From: Macrostomum hystrix
Lineage: Eukaryota > Animalia > Platyhelminthes
Assembly: GCA_950097015.1 (NCBI GenBank)
Contig: CATNEN010000003.1
Location: 9,362,001 to 9,426,000, forward strand
Direction: 5' to 3'
DNA length: 64,000 nucleotides
In this document: positions 35,767 through 46,298 of the stretch, piece after piece
How the letters are laid out: each line of letters starts with the position of its first letter
How positions within the stretch are numbered: position 1 is the stretch's first letter
Translations under genes and position numbers: made by a program
Notes under the pieces: model-generated
Databases searched by the model: none
The model's input: only the letters and a program-made list of their open reading frames with translations
What the model was told of the DNA's origin: nothing

Positions 35767-37277
35767 ATGCTTCCTCCTCCTTGGCATGTCCGTCGTGTGT
35801 TCGTGGGCCTGTTACTACTTGCATCGTCAGTGCTTTTCTGGCATCTGAGTCCAAGTTCGTTGAATAACAATCAAAACCGGCTCAATCTGCAGAACAAAAG
35901 TGATCTCTACAGCCAGTCGTTAATAACGAAGAAAAAACTGAGCGCCGTGATGAAGGAGTTCGGCAGCGTCTGCCACAGCCGTCCGTGCCACGCTGCTCTG
36001 GAGTCTGCGATCGGGCGCGCCGTTGACCGAGTGCCCCGCATTCGGCACATCCTGTGGAAGAGCGACCAAGTGTCCGCCTACTTCGCCAGCCAGCTCAAGT
36101 CTTGGATGCAGTTCCATCCGCTCTGGACCTACGTTCTCTGGCGCGACAAAGATCTGGAGGTCTTTGTTGTCAGGTACTACTCAGATTTGCTGAGCAAGTT
36201 CCGGAATCTGAAGCACCACATCATGCGAGTGGACATGATTCGCTACCTGATTCTGCACCATGTGAGTTCGCCTTCAACGCCCAAGCTTAAGCATTTGTAC
36301 CTTTATAAACATTGATTGCAGGGATCGGTGACAGTGTGGTTAACACGTTCGCCTCTCGCACCACGGTTCGATTCCACGGCGAGGCCACATTTATTTGGGG
36401 CTCTGACGCGGAGAGAAGTCTTGGGGGCTTGTCGTGCAATTCGCGCCCTTGAGGGCCAACCTCCAAGGCACAGTGAAATGGGCTGAATTGCCTCCTCGCT
36501 GGCTGCGGGTCTAGTGTCACCAAATGATGTGCCACTGCCCGCAGTCCTCCTGCAAGTATTATTATTGTTTTTAATATTAACCTTGATTTCTACCGTTCTT
36601 TGTGCTGTTGCTGTTCTGTACAGTTCGGTGGAGTGTACGCAGACCTGGACTACACACTGGTGAGACCACTGGACCGGTTTCTCAAGTACCCGGCCACTGT
36701 GCCGATAACAGCGGAGGCCATTGCAATGATCTACTTCGGCATGAAGTGGCCTCCAGATCGACTGGGCAACCCGGCTCTGATGATCTCGGAGCCGCAGCAC
36801 CCGTTCTTCTTCTTCTGCATCCTGCAGTTGGCTGCCAACCCGACTCAAGACATTTTCAAGTTTGCCGGTCCCCTCGGCCTCTCCGCCATGGTGAACAAGT
36901 TTTCCACCGATTTCCCGATCAAGGAAGAACCCACCGGCATCGTGCTCGTACCACCGTCGCGAGCCTTTGACGCATTCGCCAACAACAGCTTCATTAGCAG
37001 CACGACTATTCACAAGAAAAACTGGATAAAAAGTCTTAGCTCTCAGTGCAAAAGTATCAGCGCATCAAAGACCTCCGCTGCACAGCTGAAGGAATACTGC
37101 AAGGATGTGTACAACATGGATCCGATCACGAACAAAAGCGACATCGCCTACGCTCTCCATGACACAAAGAAGCTCCGCACGTCCTACGACCGATTGGGCT
37201 CACCACAGTTCTCTGAGAATTTGGTCGACATCAGAAGCGTGATACCCAACATCATAATGGCCAGTGAAATGTTCTGA
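35767..37277 (+). CDS. GT32-family DXD glycosyltransferase (Gly_transf_sug; OCH1/SUR1-like), 382 aa, type II membrane topology
   Basis: Exons 35767-36261 and 36624-37277 (phase 0). N-terminal TM, then VPRIRHILWKS, SWMQFHPLWTYVLWRD, MRVDMIRYLILHH/FGGVYADLD, NPALMISEPQHPF and AGP. Confidence 0.9.
36318..36568 (+). mobile_element. SINE family A copy (internal deletion) in glycosyltransferase intron
   Basis: Head with B-box GGTTCGATTCC and 3' end present; middle missing. Confidence 0.85.
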
Positions 37278-37767
37278 AACTAAACTACACTGTGTGATTT
37301 TATTCATATGTATGCTAAGTGCAACATTTCAAACAGCAAAACAATTTTAACTTTGTATAAAAGTTATTAACGACTATTTGATTGCTCAATCAACCAGTGT
37401 TGGGCGATAATAAAGGATATTCTTTAACCCTTTCTAGGCTTTTTAGTCAAACAAAAGAACAATATTTATTACTATTAGATTAAATGTATCGGATTATCGG
37501 ACCTGTGCCCAACACTGAATCAAGATTGCTTTACGCTGGCCTCACAGCTTCAGTAAGAAAGCACTTGGCCTTGTTTAGTTTTGTCAGTAAGAACTCTGTA
37601 TTTAAAAGCCCATGACAAGCGTATTTTTGTGATCCAGAGACCTGTACAGGAAGAAGTCGAAATACTTCTGTTTTTACTATAATTTGACCGGTCTATAATG
37701 GGATGTTAACAAAGTTCATGTCTTTTCTGCTTTTACGAGCATATCTATGAATTTTTGTATGATACTC

Positions 37768-38190
37768 GGGGGGGGGGGTCGGTGGCAGAGCGGTTAACAA
37801 GTTTGCCTCTCGCACCACGGTCCCTAAGTTCGATTCCAAGGCGAGGCCACATTGATTTGGGGCGCAGCCGCGGAGAGAAGGCTTGAGGGCTTGTCGTACA
37901 ATTTACGCCCTTGAGGGCCAACCTCCAAGGCACAGTGAAATGTACACTGCCTGACGACGAGAAAGTCATGGCAGATGTACACACGTGTGTGAGGGTATGC
38001 CTGCGTACGTACTGTATCTGTGTGCGTGTGTGCTCAGGAGTCAGCGAAATGGGCAGAATTGCCTCCTCGCTGGCTGCGGGTCTAGTGTCACTAAATGATG
38101 TGCCACTGGCGCAGCCCTCCTGCAATTATTATTATTATTATTATTGTTATTATTATTATTAATATTAATATTATTATTATTATTATTATT
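37768..38190 (+). mobile_element. SINE family A, full-length (~360 bp plus (ATT)n tail)
   Basis: A-box TGGCAGAGCGG, B-box AGTTCGATTCC, unique body and ATT microsatellite tail; about 10 copies or fragments in the window. Confidence 0.92.
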
Positions 38191-39040
38191 ATGAAACCCC
38201 GGGTCTACCTAGCTGATGGGCGAAAAAATAACCTATAGCTCATGGGCGGTATGAGACAGGGAGATGTGAGACAGGAGAACGATGAGACATGGGAGAGGTA
38301 AAACAGGAAGAATGATGCAAGACAGGAGAATTATGAGACAGGGAGATGCGAGGAAGGGGCCGAGACAAGTACAACAGAATTAGTTGATAACGTCACTTTA
38401 GTTGTCCGTGAGGAGAAGTAGGTGCCGGTAGGAGCTAGGTGGCCGGACTCCAAAGCTTTACATGCCGTATCTTAGCTCTCGGTGGTTTCCGACCCCAGCA
38501 AAAACATTGATTTACGAAAATTATACTCGTGAAACCAAATAAATAGATCACTTTCCTTCGTTTCGTTTGGATCCTCTAATCAGCAAAAGTTTCTGCCGAA
38601 AAAATATATTTGTTCCATGGCCTGTCTGCAAGATTTAGCATCCGATTTCGTAGAGCCTCACTGAACAACGGAGAAAGTTTAATGAATTAAAATGTGAGGC
38701 CAAAAGCAACAATGAGCAAATGGCAATGCGCGTTAAACCTCCTACGAGTGGTTTAACAAAAAACTTTGGATTAAAAAAATACAGATGGGGCCACGACTAT
38801 GTCATATAAATGAAAGGGAATGTCAACTTTTGATTTATTGATTGTTGCAAGTCAGAAAGTAAGCTGACTGTTGCAATTATTTTCGGTTCAACTAACGGTT
38901 AATTAGTTTTAACTCGGTTGCTTTGGTTTTAAGCTTCAACTATATGTTATTGGTTTGCTCAAGGCTATATTTTCGGTTCGCTTTAACCAGACAGAAACTA
39001 AGTAACGCGAGGTCGCGCACATTAGTATTTTTTATATTTC

Positions 39041-39346
39041 ATAATAATAATAAATGATTACACCTGCCCCAATAGGGTCAGATGTGCAGCCGACAGCACA
39101 GCCGCAGCTAATGCGCGGCGCATCTGAAGGCTGCGTACGGCTGTTCAGTCCATTGACTGGGGGGACGCCACACCCACCTTCAATTATCCCAGCTAATGCT
39201 GGTACCCATTTAACAGCTGGGTGAACTGAAGCAATGCAGAGTTAAGTGTCTTGCTAAAGGAAACAAATTGTTCCAGTGGAGACGGGAATCGAACCCCCGA
39301 CCTTCAAGTCGTGAGTCCGACGCCCTAACCACTAGGCTACAACCCC
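39041..39346 (-). mobile_element. SINE family B, full-length
   Basis: Antisense: A-box TAGCCTAGTGG, tRNA-like head (CTCACGA loop), B-box GGTTCGATTCCC, core TTTAGCAAGACACTTAAC...CACCCAGCTGTTAAATGGGTACC, 3' hairpin CAGATG...CATCTG and ATT tail. Flanking direct repeat ATATTTCA. Confidence 0.92.
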
Positions 39347-39890
39347 AGTTCATATTTCAGCAAACGTTTAAAATACCTTACAATCGATAATACAACCAAC
39401 GAACAGCCCAGCCAATCAGATGCAAGAAAAGCACGTACGGCTCGTACATATCAGCGTACTCACAGTAACAATAAGAAGTATAATGAACTTACAGCCTACT
39501 CACAGTAGGCTGTGATAGTTATACAACAAGAAATGAAATAACAATCGATAACAAAATGATTCGTCGATTGACAACAACAGCCAACAAGCTTCAATAAGCA
39601 GCACGACTATTCACAAGAACAACTGCAGGATAAAAAAACTTCATAATGGCAAATTAAATGTTTCAAAACTAAACGACATTTTTGTGCTATATTGTTTTCA
39701 TGCTTGACTATACGCAGCGTGCATGCAGTTTCTGTCCAATTTAACTTATTTTTGGAACAAGAAGCCCGTGTAGCATTAGCATGTCTATGGGTGCATGCGC
39801 GAACGGATGAAAACACATGTTTTTTAGTCTCTTGAAGGTTACTTTAGAACTTTTTGTTTTACTCACAACCACACTTGGGAGGTAGCGACA

Positions 39891-40172
39891 ATGAAACGAA
39901 ATCCAAGACTTCTGCAACTACCAGCTACATTCACCGCAGCTTTGGATGCACTAATCGAAATTTATGTTCCCATCGCAACTATTCTGAGCCTGTTAACCGA
40001 TTTTATAAAATTAGCTTTTATGAAAGCTGTCTTATCACTGCTTGGCATTCGACCCAGTCAGTCGGACGCCATCGAGATACGAATGCGACTTCCTTACGAA
40101 TACTGGAAGTTGTGCTGTCGCCGACACAAGCTCAGCTACCATGCGAACCAACGCAATTTTAAGAGTCCATAA
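39891..40172 (+). CDS. Candidate 93-aa small hydrophobic protein (unverified)
   Basis: ATG-initiated non-repetitive ORF with a hydrophobic stretch; AG 5 nt upstream and AATAAA near 40306. No recognised homology. Confidence 0.3.
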   Translation: MKRNPRLLQLPATFTAALDALIEIYVPIATILSLLTDFIKLAFMKAVLSLLGIRPSQSDAIEIRMRLPYEYWKLCCRRHKLSYHANQRNFKSP

Positions 40173-40609
40173 AGATATTGTCCAATTTCTACTTGTATGT
40201 TTGATTTATGACTAGAGTAACATTAATTGTAAAACTATATATTGGCATGCCTCTCAAGTAACTAAATTTATTCTGTTTTAAAAAGGAGGCACACATTATT
40301 TGCAGCAATAAAGGCGCTAAAACTTTTCTTTGTGAGTGATACCTCAAAATAAAAAATGGTTAATTCCTTATGGAAGTCTTCTAAATCTGGATCTTTTCTA
40401 TATTTTTCCTGCAGGGACGAATAAATACTTAATACGATGCAATTAGCAGTCGCTGGTGTGTTACTGTGAGTGTTAAAGCAGGCTTGCCACAAACCTCCCT
40501 CCTTTTGCGAGCCTTGGACTTTGGACATTGGATTGGCTCTGGCTGACTTATTAGTCCGATCGAGCATTATTTTTTTGAGATGCCATGTGCGAAACAGCAG
40601 CACCACAGA

Positions 40610-42160
40610 GAGCTATAGACATCGTAGACAGGCAGGACGCAGTGATCCAATCACCAACCACCCGGCTCGCGTCTTTTCTGAGCTACTATTAAGGTAGTAC
40701 TGCAACTCGCGACAACCTGCTTCAGGGCTGCTCAGCTCCTGCCTTCTCGAGGCGGACCTTTCCGGCCTCGTCCGGCAAAGTGCAGTCATTACCGGCAGCT
40801 CCCCAGCGCTCCTTGCGACCAGTCGAGTTTTTTTGAGCAACCCAGCTCACCTGGTCCGGCTGCTACTGAGAGCTGGAGAGATTGAAGTCAAACCGGGCCC
40901 GTCCCGCCAGGACGAACTGAGGGCAACCCGGCAGCTCCGCCTCCTGCAGCTCTGCAGCCTTCGGGCCCGCAGACTGGAGCCACTGAACCTCCTGGTCACG
41001 CAAAGCATAGAAATTTCCTGCCTCTGGAGACCATTTCCAACCCTGCAGACCACCTCCGTCCGTCTGGCAAGTTGCCGGGCGACGAGACCACGTTATTATG
41101 AAGAACAGGGACATTGAAGGCGCGCGCCCGTCAACAACGGCACCTCACCTTTGCCCACACCACCAGCTGGTCAAAGCAAATTTTACATTGCGCGTGCCAG
41201 ATAACATTGGGCTCTGATCACCTACCGGTTGTCACTGAGCTAATTTCCATGGTAGTTGAGCCAAAAAAGCCGCGGCAGACCAGTTTCGCCTACCGGAAGG
41301 CCGACTGCAGTCGGGCAAGCTTTCACATCCAACTAGAAGCCAGCCTTGCTACCTGGTCCGAAAACGCGAACGACGTACCCAGTCAAATTGGGGCTAACCG
41401 CCTGGCTGACGCTATCATGGATGCCGCTAAAGTCGCAATCCCGCGTGGGCCGCAACGCGCGCCCCTGGCCTGGTTGTGCCCTGCACTGCCGCCTAGAGGC
41501 ACTCTGCGAGCTGAGGGAGCCCTGAACGACGAAGCAGCGGCGACTTGGTTTCAAGCAGTAACTGTGGCCTCTATGAAGCCCATCTCCGCTGAACGAAGGA
41601 ATCGTTTCGGAGGACCTTCGGGACACAACGCAAAGAACTGAAGTCAGCGGACCTGTGGAGCATTATTTACGCCCTGGAAGGCCGAACGCCTGCCGCCCGG
41701 CCTTCTTTATGCGACATGCAGAGCGACAGCGGCAGAGAGGCCTGCACTAAAGCCGGTACGCTAACCTCTTTCGGGCCTTCGAGGACGTACGCCGCCGACC
41801 CCGAAATCGAAATCGAAATCCAATGGGAAGCTATGGGCGCAGGCCCACGCCAGAATGACGCCAGCATTCGCAATGACGCAGTCCTGTTCGTCCAGCTCCA
41901 CACCGGCCATTTGTGGATTCTCCGCTTCTACCGCCACTGACTCGGGCTCGTCCTGATCGCCGCTCGATCTATTAGTTGCTTAGGACGCCCGGTACCTGCT
42001 ACTGCAAATTGCCAATTCCACAGTGCTGGCCGGCGCCGACACATAGGCGTCAATACTAATTCGGTTATCCGCTTTACCATTGGCTCGCGAGTACTGAGCT
42101 TCCTTCCCGAGATCGGGGCTGAGACCCGGCCCCCTAAAGTGACGCCTCTGGCCGGAATTA
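40610..42160 (+). mobile_element. Degenerate, internally deleted non-LTR retrotransposon (Ingi/I-group-like) with 2A-like peptide
   Basis: LVRLLLRAGEIEVKPGP, APE N-terminus LRLLQL..LR..IEISCL, APE end LGSDHLPV, YRKAD, LADAIMDAAKVAIPRG and C-terminal VQLHTGH. No RT motifs seen; frameshifts present; boundaries approximate. Confidence 0.78.
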
Positions 42161-43804
42161 CATATTATACCACTGCATGCAGTACCTGCACTTTAATCAA
42201 GGGTTCTCTCCTGAGCATTCGAAATACACGATCATTGCTCTATCGTCCGCCAAATTGACCCACCATGACGCTAATAAAGCACCCTGGTAATAATTTGACA
42301 AAAAATTTTAAATTATGATCAGTGTCTCAGAATGCAATAAAACTTAAAAAAGCAACTTAAAGTTAAACAACTAGTATCATAAAACAGATGTAGAAAGGAA
42401 GATAGAAAACACGAACGAAGAGTTTAAAGATACTTTTTTGTTGGTTATTTACAGTTTTATTCTTTGCAAAAGCAGTACTTTAGATGACATCTACCACTTT
42501 TTTAAGAATACAAATTCCTGCATGTTTTTATTGTTGTGAATGTGGTCTTACTTACGTTAGGTTACGTACTTTTTAATTAATTGTTTTTATCTGGTTTGCA
42601 CACGCAATATCGAGCTCAAGCGCTAAGATTTAATTACTTTATTTTCTTCAAACCAAAGAAAATTTTTAATCAAGGTTTGTTTCTTATAAACTATACAAGT
42701 ATTCTATAGCTAGGCCTACTATACTAGCTATATGGAAAAAGCTTCTGTTGCTCCTGACAATGAAGAATGATGCCTGAGGTTTTTTAGAAAGACAAAATGC
42801 TTGTAGCAATCATTGTTTCATTGATTTGTTGCTAATTGCAGCATTGGTCATAAGACAATAATTTTTCTATGGTAGGGCCTACCTACTCTATTACTATGAA
42901 CCTTGTTTAAAATCAGTTGTTATTTGTTTAAAAATTGTTTTATAAACACTTAAAATAATAAATCATAACTATTAGTTTAGTTGCCAAGTTTCAAGAACTA
43001 TAATAGAATTGGACTAGTATAGCCAAAGTTATTTTAAAAAGGAAAGGACTTTTAAAACAAACCTTTTATAAAAAATGTGGGGTCATATTTTATTATTTAT
43101 TTTAATTTACTCTTATTATATTCTGCATTAGTAGCGGCGTAGCCCTCATACTGTCAGCATTGAGTATTGGTTACCTAGGCCTATAGGAATAAATGTTACA
43201 AACCTACGGATCTACAGTTTAGAATTGAGAAAGAATGAGAAGTGTGTTTTAGCCTTGCACCTAGAATATAATCCAATGTGTTAAAGTCTTTGTACCCCTT
43301 GTTAAGGCCAGTCCATGCCTCTGCTAGCTACCTAAGAGTGTTATTTTTTAGTAGCAGTTAAGGTGCAGTGGCTATGCATGTGTTACACTTTTGAAAAATC
43401 CCAATAGCACACTGGAAACCATTTATGGATTGACAACTTTTTCCCATTGGGTTGGCTATACTTTCCATATACAGTATGCTAGCTAGTATATAGTATATAA
43501 TATAGTATAGTCTATAGTATAGTATATATTAGTAAAGTGGTATATAGTACTAAAATATATTTTTTTACTCTATTTACTCTATATAACTCTTGTTTTCTCA
43601 ATTCCATGTATTAATTTTTTGCTTTAAAGCTAGTTGATCTTATTGACTACTTCGAGTACAAGTGTTAAGAAGCATAATGAATAATGAAAAGAGAAGTAAA
43701 TTAACTAGATAGTAGTACTAGATCCTGCATTCAGTACATAGCTAATTTAAGGACTACTCATCCAATGAGGAAATCCTATCCAACCAAACATAATGCTTTC
43801 TAGA

Positions 43805-45595
43805 AATCATATCCAACCCCAATAGAATGCTGCTGGAAATCTCATCCAACCCCAACAGAAAGCTGCTGGAAATCTCATCCAACTTTTATAGAATGCTGCT
43901 GGAAATCTGATCCAACCCCAGCAGAATGCTGCTGGAAATCTCATCCAACCCCAACAGAATGCTGCTGGAAATCTCATCCAACCCCAACAGAATGCTGCTG
44001 GAAATCTCATCCAACTTTTATAGAATGCTGCTAGAAATCTCATCCAACCCCAACAGAAAGCTGCTGGAAATCTCATCCAACTTTTATAGAATGCTGCTGG
44101 AAATCTGATCCAACCCCAGCAGAATGCTGCTGGAAATCTCATCCAACCCCAACAGAATGCTGCTGGAAATCTCATCCAACCCCAACAGAAAGCTGCTGGA
44201 AATCTCATCCAACTTTTATAGAATGCTGCTGGAAATCTGATCCAACCCCAGCAGAATGCTGCTGGAAATCTCATCCAACCCCAACAGAATGCTGCTGGAA
44301 ATCTCATCCAACCCCAACAGAATGCTGCTGGAAATCTCATCCAACTTTTATAGAATGCTGCTAGAAATCTCATCCAACCCCAACAGAAAGCTGCTGGAAA
44401 TCTCATCCAACTTTTATAGAATGCTGCTGGAAATCTGATCCAACCCCAGCAGAATGCTGCTGGAAATCTCATCCAACCCCAACAGAATGCTGCTGGAAAT
44501 CTCATCCAACCCCAACAGAATGCTGCTGGAAATCTCATCCAACTTTTATAGAATGCTGCTGGAAATCTGATCCAACCCCAGCAGAATGCTGCTGGAAATC
44601 TCATCCAACCCCAACAGAATGCTGCTGGAAATCTCATCCAACCCCAACAGAAAGCTGCTGGAAATCTCATCCAACCCCAATGGAATGCTGCTGGAAATCT
44701 CATCCAACTTTTACAAAAAGCTGCTGGAAATCTCACCCAACCCCAATAGAATGCTGCTGGAAATCTCATCCAACCCCAACAGAAAGCTGCTGGAAATCTC
44801 ATCCAACTTTTATAGAATGCTGCTAGAAATCTCATCCAACCCCAACAGAAAGCTGCTGGAAATCTCATCCAACCCCAACAGAATGCTGCTGGAAATCTCA
44901 TCCAACCCCAATGGAATGCTGCTGGAAATCTCATCCAACTTTTACAAAAAGCTGCTGGAAATCTCACCCAACCCCAATAGAATGCTGCTGGAAATCTCAT
45001 CCAACCCCAACAGAAAGCTGCTGGAAATCTCATCCAACTTTTATAGAATGCTGCTAGAAATCTCATCCAACCCCAACAGAATGCTGCTGGAAATCTCATC
45101 CAACCCCAACAGAATGCTGCTGGAAATCTCACCCAACCCCAACGAAATGCTGCTGGAAATCTCACCCAACCCCAACAGAATGCTGCTGGAAATCTCATCC
45201 AACCCCAACAGAATGCTGCTGGAAATCTCATCCAACCCCAACGAAATGCTGCTGGAAATCTCACCCAACCCCAATAGAATGCTGCTGGAAATATCATCCA
45301 ACCCCAACAGAATGCTGCTGGAAATCTCATCCAACCCCAACGAAATGCTGCTGGAAATCTCACCCAACCCCAACAGAATGCTGCTGGAAATCTCATCCAA
45401 CCCCAACAGAATGCTGCTGGAAATCTCATCCAACCCCAACAGAATGCTGCTGGAAATCTCATCCAACCCCAACAGAATGCTGCTGGAAATCTCATCCAAC
45501 CCCAACGAAATGCTGCTGGAAATCTCATCCAACCCCAATGGAATGCTGCTGGAAATCTCATCCAACCCCAATGAAATGCTGCTGGAAATCTCATT
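43805..45595. repeat. Minisatellite, 33-bp unit CTCATCCAACCCCAACAGAATGCTGCTGGAAAT
   Basis: Direct inspection; about 54 units upstream of the CPT1 start. Confidence 0.96.
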
Positions 45596-46298
45596 CCGTC
45601 TATCTTGGTCTTATAGTTTTTTTTCACAATAAATGTATATTATTTATTGTCCAAAGATTTGCTTTTCATTTCAAGTCTGCATAATTTAGAATGTTTTGCA
45701 GCTTAAAAAATCTGATAGGACATTGCCTCCAGTCTGTTCCAAAGGGCAAAGTGTAAAATTCTTTGGTACTTGTACCTCCTCACCCAACTGGCCCACTGTC
45801 ATATATCTGTAATTCTTATCTATCAAGTTGTTTCATTGAAAACATCAAGACAAAAATCTTACTAAGCGACTATTTCAACTTTGAAGATAAAGAAATCGTA
45901 AGCTTAACTGCTTGAAGCGTATCGCCGAGCTGTAAATCTACCATATTCGGGGGTGTACTCATAGTTATTATAAATAGAATGTTTTACACATGGTGACCTT
46001 TTACCGAACTAAACTAATTTAATCTACTTTACTCTTTGCAGTTTGCCCTCTGTGAAAAAATTGAGAACAGGGCTTTGGGATAAGGGGGCACGGCCCGCAT
46101 TACGTAGGTTTATAAGTCCTTTTTGTGCTGTGCTTCATTGCTTCAAAGCAATTAGAAATTCATTTTGTGTAGACTAGCCGACCCCCTATTTGATCTGATC
46201 TTTTCAGAACAACGCGAAAACTAAAAGCAAACAGACGAATAGCTTCTAGAAGAAGAAACACAATAAACACTCGTTAAAAAGGCAAAGCACAAGTAAAC

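Noticed and set aside
37945-37980. CTGACGA...GAAA in SINE A as a hammerhead ribozyme core
   Set aside because: Only 3 nt separate the motifs, so no stem II; the segment pairs better as a simple hairpin.
39270-39346. tRNA-Val-like gene (and tRNA-like heads at 37768, 46719, 47003)
   Set aside because: Heads continue into shared SINE bodies and tails and lack a proper acceptor stem and terminator.
43807-45632. 606-aa and 348-aa repeat ORFs
   Set aside because: A 33-bp unit is a multiple of three, so open frames arise passively; no splice or composition support.
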